Virus record (IMG/VR): IMGVR_UViG_3300046463_000164
DNA: 64,000 nt
Direction: 5' to 3' (one strand)
DNA from: a virus
Shown here: positions 56,019 through 64,000 of the stretch, piece by piece
Layout of the letters: every line of letters begins with the position of its first letter
How positions within the stretch are numbered: the first letter of the stretch is position 1
Program-made: the position numbers and the translations under genes
The notes under the pieces: generated by a model
What the model saw: the letters and a program-made list of their open reading frames with translations, nothing else
Told to the model about the DNA's origin: nothing
Databases searched by the model: none

Positions 56019-56469
56019 GGCGGTAGACCGCGCCTACAAAACGATGAAAGAGCGTAATTGGAACACCATCTATTGGGCGGTGGACCTACACGGCGTGTGT
56101 CTGAAGTCGAATTATCAGCAAGGTGGATACAGTTGGATCAATATCCACGCGCGTCGAGTATTGAAGCTCATCAGCCGACTTCCTGAAACTAAGATCATCT
56201 TGTGGTCGTCGGTGTATGATTTGGAGAAGGGAGATATCATCGACTTCTTTGAAGAACATGGTATTCATGTTTCAGACTTCAACAGCAATCTGAGCGAGGG
56301 CAATACTCACGTTTCTGATTTCTCGCAGAAGTTTTATTTCAGCGTCCTGTTGGACGACAAAGCGGGTTTCGATCCTGAAACCGATTGGTTGGCAATTGAA
56401 AACTATCTTTATGATAAAGGAATATTAAATGCAAACGAAGGAAAAGCCGGTAGTACATTACATTGGTGA
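56005..56469 (+). CDS. HAD-like protein
   Basis: WAVDLHGV, ILWSS, K.YF..LLDDKAGF. Confidence 0.7.
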   Translation: MSIIKAVDRAYKTMKERNWNTIYWAVDLHGVCLKSNYQQGGYSWINIHARRVLKLISRLPETKIILWSSVYDLEKGDIIDFFEEHGIHVSDFNSNLSEGNTHVSDFSQKFYFSVLLDDKAGFDPETDWLAIENYLYDKGILNANEGKAGSTLHW

Positions 56470-56644
56470 ACTCTATAATATCAATCTAGGTCAGCGTTGC
56501 TGGCTTGATGAAGTTGTGGATCACCCGCATCTGGGCCGCTGTAAAGATGTGTCCACCAGCGGCGTTATTCGTATTGAGCCCAATACCGGAGTGTTTGAAA
56601 CCTACAACACTATCTACAAACCCCTGATTCAATTGAACGGTTAA
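56429..56644 (+). CDS. Hypothetical protein
   Basis: DHPHLG...STS.V...FET.NT.Y phage pattern. Confidence 0.6.
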   Translation: MQTKEKPVVHYIGELYNINLGQRCWLDEVVDHPHLGRCKDVSTSGVIRIEPNTGVFETYNTIYKPLIQLNG

Positions 56645-56645
56645 T

Positions 56646-56891
56646 ATGGAACTGAAAGAACAAATTCGAGCATTGGGAATTCGCCGGGCGGCGCTTTCAG
56701 CCGAGGTTGAGGCGGTGGAAGAAAAGCTCAGCGTCATTGCAGCTGAAGCCAAAGCTATCAGCAAGGAAGCGCAACAGAAGCGCGAGAAACTCAATCATCT
56801 AGACTTCGCAATCAATAACTTGCGTACTGTGATTGAGTTGGAAGAACCCATCGCTGAAATTGTTGTGGTCGATCCTTGGGGTGAATCTTAA
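56646..56891 (+). CDS. Hypothetical coiled-coil protein
   Basis: Heptad-rich 81-aa ORF. Confidence 0.6.
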   Translation: MELKEQIRALGIRRAALSAEVEAVEEKLSVIAAEAKAISKEAQQKREKLNHLDFAINNLRTVIELEEPIAEIVVVDPWGES

Positions 56892-57258
56892 TCTCCTGAG
56901 GTTCCACCGAAAAGCTAAAGTAATATATGACCGCGAGAATCTTAAAGACAATAGGCAGAGTGTGGTGGCCTTTGTTTTGGATTCTCGCGGTCGCATTCTT
57001 ACTGAAGGTTGGAACTCGTACACCAAAACCCATCCCATACAGAAAAAGGCTGCCGACGAAGCTCAAGACCCGCATAAGTGTTTCTTGCATGCCGAAATCC
57101 ACGCCCTTTCTCGTCTCAGCTATAAACAGCTATCAAAACAAGACACCATTGTCGTTCTGAGATTGGACGGTAAATATCGTCTCATGCCTAGCAAGCCTTG
57201 TCCTATCTGTCAAGACGTGATATGCCAGTACGGAATCAAGAATATTATCCACAGTTAG
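56881..57258 (+). CDS. Zinc-dependent deaminase-fold protein
   Basis: GWN..TKTHP, LHAEIHAL, SKPCPIC. Confidence 0.8.
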   Translation: MNLNLLRFHRKAKVIYDRENLKDNRQSVVAFVLDSRGRILTEGWNSYTKTHPIQKKAADEAQDPHKCFLHAEIHALSRLSYKQLSKQDTIVVLRLDGKYRLMPSKPCPICQDVICQYGIKNIIHS

Positions 57259-57274
57259 CTAAATAAGGGTATTA

Positions 57275-57538
57275 TTGGAGAATCCCATGAATCTTATTCA
57301 AGAGTATATTGACTATCTCACTGAGGTCAACCGTATTGTACAAGGACTATCGAAGCGCAGCGGAAAGCCCGCAGACCACGTCAATAGTATTTGGAGAGAA
57401 ACGGACAAGGAAGTTGTTGGTAAGCACAAGTATGGAGTTACCGATAAACAAAAAGCTATTGCTAGGATTGTAAGTGCAAAGCTTGGAGTTAAGCCTGAAC
57501 CCGACGAGGATGACGGCAAGGACGAACCACAAGAATAA
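57275..57538 (+). CDS. Hypothetical protein
   Basis: After CTAAATAA; GGAG RBS favours the internal Met. Confidence 0.55.
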   Translation: MENPMNLIQEYIDYLTEVNRIVQGLSKRSGKPADHVNSIWRETDKEVVGKHKYGVTDKQKAIARIVSAKLGVKPEPDEDDGKDEPQE

Positions 57539-57539
57539 C

Positions 57540-57571
57540 AAAAAGCCTCTGGAGAAATCCAGAGGCTTTTT
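57540..57571 (+). terminator. Intrinsic terminator
   Basis: AAAAAGCCTCTGGA-GAAA-TCCAGAGGCTTTTT. Confidence 0.85.
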
Positions 57572-57662
57572 CATATTATACGGTTTACTTTTCGTCTTAC
57601 ATCGTATATAATTCTTCTAACGGTTAACGAACCGTATGTAAACCTTAACACGGAGCTATATC

Positions 57663-57899
57663 ATGAAAAGTCTTCTGAGCGCAATCGCTACTGTCGTCAC
57701 CGCGTATCTTCCCAGCAAACAAATTGACATGGGATGCATTGGTGGCGGGGATTTCAAACAAGAACATCCCAGCGTCGTTAAGGCGCGCGCCGAGGCAAAA
57801 GAGAAGATGAAGCAATGGGGTCGCAAGACGGTTCTTGAAGGCGGTGCATTCTCCCGCAACCACACCGTCTTACGAGCGGAACGAAAAACAATGAACTAA
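57663..57899 (+). CDS. Hypothetical protein
   Basis: After promoter 57584-57612; GGAG RBS. Confidence 0.6.
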   Translation: MKSLLSAIATVVTAYLPSKQIDMGCIGGGDFKQEHPSVVKARAEAKEKMKQWGRKTVLEGGAFSRNHTVLRAERKTMN

Positions 57900-57908
57900 G
57901 GATCACGG

Positions 57909-60368
57909 TTGGCGATTACACAAAGTAGCGCACGCGATATTCAGCGTGGTGGGTTGATGGGTGAGAGACAGTTTGGTATCGCTCTCACCCCGAAGATGTA
58001 CAGTATGATGAGTGACCGATTGTACACTGACCGTGTTGGGTCAGTTGTGCGTGAGGTTTGCTCTAATGCCTGGGACGCTATGAAGATGCGATCTATCGCA
58101 TCTGGTCTCCCTCAGGAACCCTTCAAGGTCACTCTCCCAACCGATCTTGAACCTCACTTCATTGTTGAGGATACGGGCCCAGGTATGCCTGACGATGTCG
58201 CTCAGGATCTATATTCCACACTTGGTCTTTCCACAAAGGAAGATACCAACGATCAAATCGGTGCATTTGGTCTTGGTTCTAAATCCCCATTCGCGGTTAC
58301 TGATACCTTCACGGTAGAGAATACCTATGACGGGGTCACACATCACTATTTGTGCTTCAAATCAGAAAGCGGGTTGCCTAGTATATTGAAGACTGGCGAA
58401 ACCGTTGATGGTCGTCCGAATGGCGTGAAGGTTATGATTCCGGCCGCAGGTAATAAGTACGCGGAATACAAGCGTGCTCTAACCCGCCAGTTGATCGTCA
58501 TGGAACCGAAGCCGATCATCAACAATATTGAGGACTTTGAATTCGTCCAAGCACATAAGCTGGTTGAAACTGAGTATGGGTTCATTCTTGCTAACGCTCA
58601 AGACTTTGGTCTGAATACCAAGTCTGTCTATGCTCGTATGGGTATGGTGTTGTATCCGTTGGATGTTAATCAAGTTAACATCGCGTATAACAACCGTCTG
58701 TATGAACGACTGAATAGCCAGGCAACTTTGATTCTGGGATTCAATATTGGTGACCTGGAACCGCTGCCGTCGCGTGAAGGTTTGACGTATGATCAGAAAA
58801 CCGCAGAGCTAAGTCTGGAGCGCTATAACTTGTTCTCATCTGAGTATCGCAAGATGCTTAAGAAGCAAGTTGAAGAAGCACCCACGCCTCTTGACGCGTG
58901 GCGTAAGATGCGAGAACTGAAGACCAGCACCAACGTTGATTTATCGACTGAGCCTGTATATAATCTTGGTTTCGTAATTAATGATCGGGTGATTGATAAC
59001 GCTTTCCCGTTCTTCGATTATGATTACAAGAAGAAAGTTACGACCATTCCTCCAGTCAAGTATGATGAAGATGGTTATATCATCAATCAAGAGAATACGG
59101 TTGAGGAAGTAGATGCGACGATGAAAGTCTCGCAATTCTATATGGAGGAATTCGATAAGTCTGATTTGCGTCTGAATATCAAACGTGATGCTAAACCGAT
59201 GATGGTTAATTGGGACTTCATCGGCAGTATTGATAATGAAACATACCGATTCCTGCTGATTGACGAGCTTGATCCTAAGCATCGTATTGGTCGTATGAAA
59301 GCAGCGTTGAATTCGATGCCGAGAGGTTGGAGCAGTCGTACTTTCGTTGTTAGGGTTGACCCGCGCTTTCAGGGTAGCCATACGGACTTCAGCGAGTTCA
59401 TTAAGTGCTTTGAGGCTCTGCATCCTGGAATCACAAAGAAGAACGGCAGCGTTACTTTGTTCAGCTCAATTCCGCGTCCCGATATTGTCAAGCGAGCGCG
59501 TGAGGAAGATAAGCAACTGGAAGGCGTGACGTATGTGGGCGGACGAAAGAATTTGGAAGTTAAATTCCGTTGGTCCGAATTAGATGAAATGTATTCGCCT
59601 GATTGCGATCTTGAGGACGATGATTACGAGGAACAAGCCGAGAAGGCCAAGATTGAATTCTCCAACAAAACCTTCTATGTGACGGCTTTGCGTGATGAGT
59701 TGACGGACTATCCTGATATCAAGATGGATGTTTTGAAGAATTTTGCTGAAGCGTTTGGTTATAAGATGTTCATTGTCCGTAAGTCGGGTATGGGTCATCT
59801 GAAAGCATTGAAGGAATACGGCATCCGGGAATTCAAGGAAGTTGTCGCTGAGTTTCTGGACGGGTATGAGCCTAGTGATGATTACAAGAAGTATAACTCA
59901 GCGAAGAAAGTAGAGGCGAGTAATCCGCTTTGGTTCCGTTATTCTTTCAAGTCTCATGCCGAATCGCTGATGAAGGAGCTTGAGAAGAATCAAGAATATG
60001 TGCATCCCTTCTTGAAGGAGCGTCAACTTGTAGAAAGGTTGGCTAGTTTCGATAATCTACAGGCTAGTAGCACACCGCAAACTAGAATGATTGATCGGCT
60101 TCGTGCTGATGGGGTTATCAAGTATTTCGACGGTTATGAATGGTCGAAAGTTCTTGAGATTGACGTCTCAGAAGAATTCGAAAAGCTGGAAAATGATTTT
60201 GGAGCATACTATCCCGCTTTCGAATTGTTGGCGCGTCATACCGTATATACTGATGGAGTTGCTCCAAATTTGTATCAATATGTAGTAGACTATAACGCCC
60301 TGCGGGGTAACGATGTTAAACCTGAAGAGTTTGTTGAAGAAAAGGAAATTGAAGATGAAGTCGTATGA
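57909..60368 (+). CDS. rIIA: rIIA protein (GHKL ATPase N-terminus)
   Basis: LY.D...VREV.SNA.D, VED.G.G, STK..TND.IG.FGLGSKSPF, PSREGL.Y. Confidence 0.93.
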   Translation: MAITQSSARDIQRGGLMGERQFGIALTPKMYSMMSDRLYTDRVGSVVREVCSNAWDAMKMRSIASGLPQEPFKVTLPTDLEPHFIVEDTGPGMPDDVAQDLYSTLGLSTKEDTNDQIGAFGLGSKSPFAVTDTFTVENTYDGVTHHYLCFKSESGLPSILKTGETVDGRPNGVKVMIPAAGNKYAEYKRALTRQLIVMEPKPIINNIEDFEFVQAHKLVETEYGFILANAQDFGLNTKSVYARMGMVLYPLDVNQVNIAYNNRLYERLNSQATLILGFNIGDLEPLPSREGLTYDQKTAELSLERYNLFSSEYRKMLKKQVEEAPTPLDAWRKMRELKTSTNVDLSTEPVYNLGFVINDRVIDNAFPFFDYDYKKKVTTIPPVKYDEDGYIINQENTVEEVDATMKVSQFYMEEFDKSDLRLNIKRDAKPMMVNWDFIGSIDNETYRFLLIDELDPKHRIGRMKAALNSMPRGWSSRTFVVRVDPRFQGSHTDFSEFIKCFEALHPGITKKNGSVTLFSSIPRPDIVKRAREEDKQLEGVTYVGGRKNLEVKFRWSELDEMYSPDCDLEDDDYEEQAEKAKIEFSNKTFYVTALRDELTDYPDIKMDVLKNFAEAFGYKMFIVRKSGMGHLKALKEYGIREFKEVVAEFLDGYEPSDDYKKYNSAKKVEASNPLWFRYSFKSHAESLMKELEKNQEYVHPFLKERQLVERLASFDNLQASSTPQTRMIDRLRADGVIKYFDGYEWSKVLEIDVSEEFEKLENDFGAYYPAFELLARHTVYTDGVAPNLYQYVVDYNALRGNDVKPEEFVEEKEIEDEVV

Positions 60369-61545
60369 AATCGTAGCAGCAATCGTAGCTCGTAACGCAC
60401 TAGGCCGTCAACTGTCTTGGGCCGAACTTGGTGTTGTGTTTGAATTAAGCAAGGATGCGGTTCGTAGTCGCGTGATTCGCTTCAAAGAAAAATACAATAT
60501 TGTTGATGCCGATATTGTTCCTGGTTGGAACCGTACTTTCCTTGCTGCCCATACTCCGGAAAACGAAAAGGCTGGTCTTACCGGTTTGCGTTTGTATCCT
60601 GGTGATGTTACGGTAGATGAATCGGGTAATAAGGTTGTTTATTACAATCCGGATATGGAAGCAATTTGGCTTAATAGCGATGATAAGGTAGTGTTTGGGT
60701 TCACAGACTCGTATGATGAGTACACAGAGGAATCCATCAAGTTTGAGGTCGCTGAAGCAGTCCAAGCTGCCACTAAGCAGATCATCGAACCGCTACAATA
60801 TCTGATCACACCGGCAGTCTTGGTTGTGGTTCGTGACGGTAAGCCTTTGACTATCGATAAGACTCACAAGAACTTTGAAAAGATTCAGGCTTCGCTAGAG
60901 GCGGGTAATTGGCAAGACGTACTTGACTTCATCGACATGAAGAATACGCTTTCGCGCTATTCTAACGGGCGGGTGACGGTCGAGAACGGAAAGGTGACGC
61001 TAGATGGCGAGCCGGTCGCAGGTAAGGTCGTTCAGCGTCTAGTTAGCTCTCTATTAGAGGAAAATCTAGAGGCTCTAGAGGCGCTTTCTAGCTTCCTGGA
61101 TAAGTGTGACGAAAACCCTGACCATCGCGTCGTTTCGCGGATTTACGACTTCATTAGCCACAACGACTTGCGTTTGGATAAGGAAGGTTACGTGCTGGCC
61201 TATAAGGTAGTGCAACACAACTACCTGGATAAGTACACCAGCACCATGGACAATAGTCCGGGTCAACTGGTTAAGATGAAGCGTAACAAGGTGAACCCGC
61301 TTGATCACGAAACTTGTTCGTTTGGTCTACACGTAGCGGCTAAGGCGTATATTCCGCAATATGGCTCGCCCAGCTTGCGTACGGGTGGTGATCGGGTTGT
61401 TCTGTGTCGGGTTAATCCTAAAGACTTCGTGTCGATTCCGACCGATTACAATAGCATGAAGGCTCGCGTTTGTGAGTACGTGGTATTGAAGGACGTCACT
61501 GAGCTGTTCGTTAACAACGAGCTAGATGAAGGCATCGAAGCCTAA
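60355..61545 (+). CDS. rIIB: rIIB protein
   Basis: N-terminal HTH; G..LAYKVV..Y.D, M.R..V, TCSFGLHV, V.P.D.VS.P.DY...K.RVC.Y. Confidence 0.93.
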   Translation: MKSYEIVAAIVARNALGRQLSWAELGVVFELSKDAVRSRVIRFKEKYNIVDADIVPGWNRTFLAAHTPENEKAGLTGLRLYPGDVTVDESGNKVVYYNPDMEAIWLNSDDKVVFGFTDSYDEYTEESIKFEVAEAVQAATKQIIEPLQYLITPAVLVVVRDGKPLTIDKTHKNFEKIQASLEAGNWQDVLDFIDMKNTLSRYSNGRVTVENGKVTLDGEPVAGKVVQRLVSSLLEENLEALEALSSFLDKCDENPDHRVVSRIYDFISHNDLRLDKEGYVLAYKVVQHNYLDKYTSTMDNSPGQLVKMKRNKVNPLDHETCSFGLHVAAKAYIPQYGSPSLRTGGDRVVLCRVNPKDFVSIPTDYNSMKARVCEYVVLKDVTELFVNNELDEGIEA

Positions 61546-61562
61546 AATCCCAAATTATCGGT

Positions 61563-61597
61563 AAAAGCGACGGCGTATTTATTACCGTCGCTTTTTT
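61563..61597 (+). terminator. Intrinsic terminator
   Basis: AAAAGCGACGG-loop-CCGTCGCTTTTTT. Confidence 0.8.
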
Positions 61598-61791
61598 ACT
61601 ACTCATATAAAAATTCCTCCTTTTTACTTCCCTTTTAGCGTACTGAGAGTATAATATTACTTATCGGTTAGGGAGTAATTCGGGGGAAACGAGCCAGACT
61701 CTAATCGATCCCTGGACCGGGAGTTTTGGTTGACGCCTGAGGTAATAATTACCTAGGTTTAATTAACGCCTTTATATAAGGTATCAAGAAC

Positions 61792-62169
61792 ATGATCGCC
61801 GTCGAAAGCAAACAAAATGAAGTTGTTTCGGACGTTCAACAAAAGCAGACCAAGCAAGTATTCTTTGCTCAGATGATGGGCGTGTCGTTTGACCCCGACA
61901 ACACCATCGCAAAAAACGCAGAATTGATCAACATCATGAAGGCGGTGCCCGAAGGGGACATCGTTAAGGAGCAGAATCTTACAAGTTTCAGCATTCACCA
62001 TGCTGAGATGGGCTACCTTCTCCACAAGATTTACTGTAATACCCCTGAGGGTATGAAGTTGAATGTGGAGTACGATGGCATCTGGCCGTTTGAGGCCAAG
62101 GATGAAGACGGCAGCACCCGCGTTTTCAATGCGCAATTGATCACGATCAGCGAGCAACCGGTTCAATAA
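61792..62169 (+). CDS. Hypothetical protein
   Basis: ORF between a promoter (~61623-61655) and a terminator. Confidence 0.65.
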   Translation: MIAVESKQNEVVSDVQQKQTKQVFFAQMMGVSFDPDNTIAKNAELINIMKAVPEGDIVKEQNLTSFSIHHAEMGYLLHKIYCNTPEGMKLNVEYDGIWPFEAKDEDGSTRVFNAQLITISEQPVQ

Positions 62170-62193
62170 AAATCCCCGAAGTTCCAGACAAAG

Positions 62194-62226
62194 AAAAACC
62201 CTCCAAGCAATGCTTGGAGGGTTTTT
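62194..62226. terminator. Bidirectional terminator
   Basis: AAAAACCCTCCAAGC-AAT-GCTTGGAGGGTTTTT. Confidence 0.85.
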
Positions 62227-62240
62227 GTCGTTTTAACTGC

Positions 62241-64000
62241 TTAAAAGTTGAGACCGTAGCCGTAAAGCGCTGAGGTGCTATCGTCGTTTCTAGTCTTCAT
62301 CTTCTGATTGACTAGCGTCGTGGAGTTGGTCTTCACGCTGTTGTCGGCAACTACTACCGCCTTGGCGTTGCCGTCCTTTTTGCTGTTCACGTCATCCTTC
62401 AGGTCGTTCACCGTATTCGTCTTATCCGTCAAGACTGAAGACGCGCTAGGTGAATTGTTCGGAACGACAGTACCACTTCCACCGCCCTTCCCGTAAGCCT
62501 GAAGCGATTTGGCGGTATCTCCCATTCCTGGGATATAGCTCAGCAAGTCACCAATCCCACCTACAATCCCTCTGAATCCGTCAAGAATAGCGTCAAACAG
62601 CTTGACCGCGTTTTTCTTGAAGCTGCCTTCAAGATCAGAGTCGAAACCTAGCCAGCCCGCAACCGTATCGAAGATTCCAAGGATAGAACTAACCACGTTC
62701 ACAAACCCGGAATAGATACGCTTGACATAATCGGAGTCAGAAACCTTCTCTCCAAACAGCGAAGATGCATCATTAAAGCCTTCGATGAACTTCCAAACGC
62801 CGCCGATAATCGCAGCAACTCCAGCAATTACAGGTAGGAATTCCGCCGCACCCAGAATCATGCTACCGATTCCCGAGAACGCACTAACGATTCCTGAGAA
62901 TAGCGAACCGATCCCGGAGATAATACCCGAGATAGACGGTAGCATCGATAGAATACCCCCGCCTGGCCCCTGCGTCGATCCTCCACTAGGTCCGTTAGAG
63001 GGTCCGTTGGCAGGCGCAGGAGCGGCCGAACTAGCCGCTGAGACGTGGGCTGCGTTATTCTGGTGAGCAAGCGCGGCTTTCTTCTCCTTCTTGTCCTTAC
63101 GTCCATCCAATATACCCTTAACGCCCTTGAAAATCTGAACGCCCGCAGCTAGTACAGGATTGTCTTCGGCAGCACCTGATTTGATCAGATTCTTAAAATC
63201 CTCTCCGTGCTTCACAGACTTGGCCAATTTCTGGTCCTTGTCCTTCAACGCCTTCTTCAAGTTGTGCGCCCGGATGATGCTTTCTTCCTTGTACTGATCT
63301 GTAATCTTCTTCATACGCAACTTATGATCTTGTTGCATATCCCGAATCTTTTGGATACGAGTCTTGTTCTTCGCTAGTTGATCAGCCTTCTGTTGAGCGA
63401 TACTGGCCTTGGCGTTTGCCATCTTGGTACGATGATCGTCGCGCAGGTCGTTCTTCAACTTCTTGATCTTCAAAGCAGCATCATCACGATCTTGTTTAAT
63501 CTTAGCCCGATCAGCATCATTCTTCAACTTCTGATCAGCCTTCTCTTGATCCAGCTTGGCCTTTCTAGCGTCGTTCTGTTGCTTGAGTTGGGTCTTCAGA
63601 TTGTCATAATTCTGCTTTTGCTTAAGCTTCAATGCAGCCAAGTCTTGCTTCTGCTGGACTACCTTAGCGTTGTGATCATCCTTTTGCTGCTTCAGCTTAT
63701 CGCGTCTAGCCTGTAGATCAATCTTCCGATCTTCCTCACGCTTCTTCAAATCGTCTTTTTGTTGTTTCAGAGAGTCTTTCTGCTTCTGTAATTGCTGTCT
63801 TCCTTCTTCCATCTTAGCAATATACTTGGCCTTTCGTTCTTCTGAAAGCTGTTTCATCTTCTCATTGTGTTCAGCAAGCATCTGCTTAGACACCAATTGA
63901 GCATCGGATACGATCTGTTTAGCTTTCGCCAGAGATTCTGCCTCTTGAGTCTTTTGGGCTTCCTTCAGCTTGAGCTTCTCGGCAGTCACTTCCCGCTTAG
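62241..64000 (-). CDS. Tape-measure / baseplate hub (gp29-like) protein, C-terminal part
   Basis: Long K/Q-rich coiled coil, Gly-rich hydrophobic helices, Asn/Thr-rich tail; frame open to the window edge. Confidence 0.6.
   Translation of the reverse strand, partial: KREVTAEKLKLKEAQKTQEAESLAKAKQIVSDAQLVSKQMLAEHNEKMKQLSEERKAKYIAKMEEGRQQLQKQKDSLKQQKDDLKKREEDRKIDLQARRDKLKQQKDDHNAKVVQQKQDLAALKLKQKQNYDNLKTQLKQQNDARKAKLDQEKADQKLKNDADRAKIKQDRDDAALKIKKLKNDLRDDHRTKMANAKASIAQQKADQLAKNKTRIQKIRDMQQDHKLRMKKITDQYKEESIIRAHNLKKALKDKDQKLAKSVKHGEDFKNLIKSGAAEDNPVLAAGVQIFKGVKGILDGRKDKKEKKAALAHQNNAAHVSAASSAAPAPANGPSNGPSGGSTQGPGGGILSMLPSISGIISGIGSLFSGIVSAFSGIGSMILGAAEFLPVIAGVAAIIGGVWKFIEGFNDASSLFGEKVSDSDYVKRIYSGFVNVVSSILGIFDTVAGWLGFDSDLEGSFKKNAVKLFDAILDGFRGIVGGIGDLLSYIPGMGDTAKSLQAYGKGGGSGTVVPNNSPSASSVLTDKTNTVNDLKDDVNSKKDGNAKAVVVADNSVKTNSTTLVNQKMKTRNDDSTSALYGYGLNF

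Noticed and set aside
1-64000. Genome-wide stop-codon reassignment
   Set aside because: Core genes are full length in the standard code and all three stop codons terminate genes.

Overview
This is a 64 kb segment of a large lytic T4-like (T4 superfamily) myophage genome, probably from a proteobacterial host. It carries the replication and recombination core (uvsY, uvsW, gp32, gp33, gp43, fused gp39/60, gp52, gp45/44/62, regA, gp59, RuvC-like resolvase, dexA, rIIA/B), nucleotide metabolism genes (nrdB/nrdA, glutaredoxin, dCMP deaminase, HAD nucleotidases, MazG-like enzymes), tail and baseplate genes (gp26/gp51, split gp5, gp25, gp3, partial gp29-like), an RNA-repair cluster with tRNA-Arg(UCU), and two GIY-YIG endonucleases. 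Three observations stand out. (1) An operon combines a complete PglF/PglE/PglD-type bacillosamine nucleotide-sugar pathway with a GT-B glycosyltransferase and a PIG-L deacetylase. The transferase ends in a sliding-clamp-type tail (ADLFSMF) identical to that of a phage exonuclease, which suggests replication-coupled DNA glycosylation with an unusual amino sugar, alongside an aGPT-Pplase thymine-hypermodification gene. (2) A coiled-coil (DIP1984-like) gene is followed by a ~320-nt RNA closed by a 17-bp helix and holding 12 tandem ~7-nt YAA repeats, a candidate ring-protein/ncRNA system. (3) Other signals are a second promoter-driven structured ncRNA or origin, a canonical -1 frameshift cassette, a tRNA-like element with a UUA anticodon, and a gp5 spike split into two genes and fused to a lambda-J-like fibre tip. 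All family assignments come from motif recognition by eye; no database searches were run.
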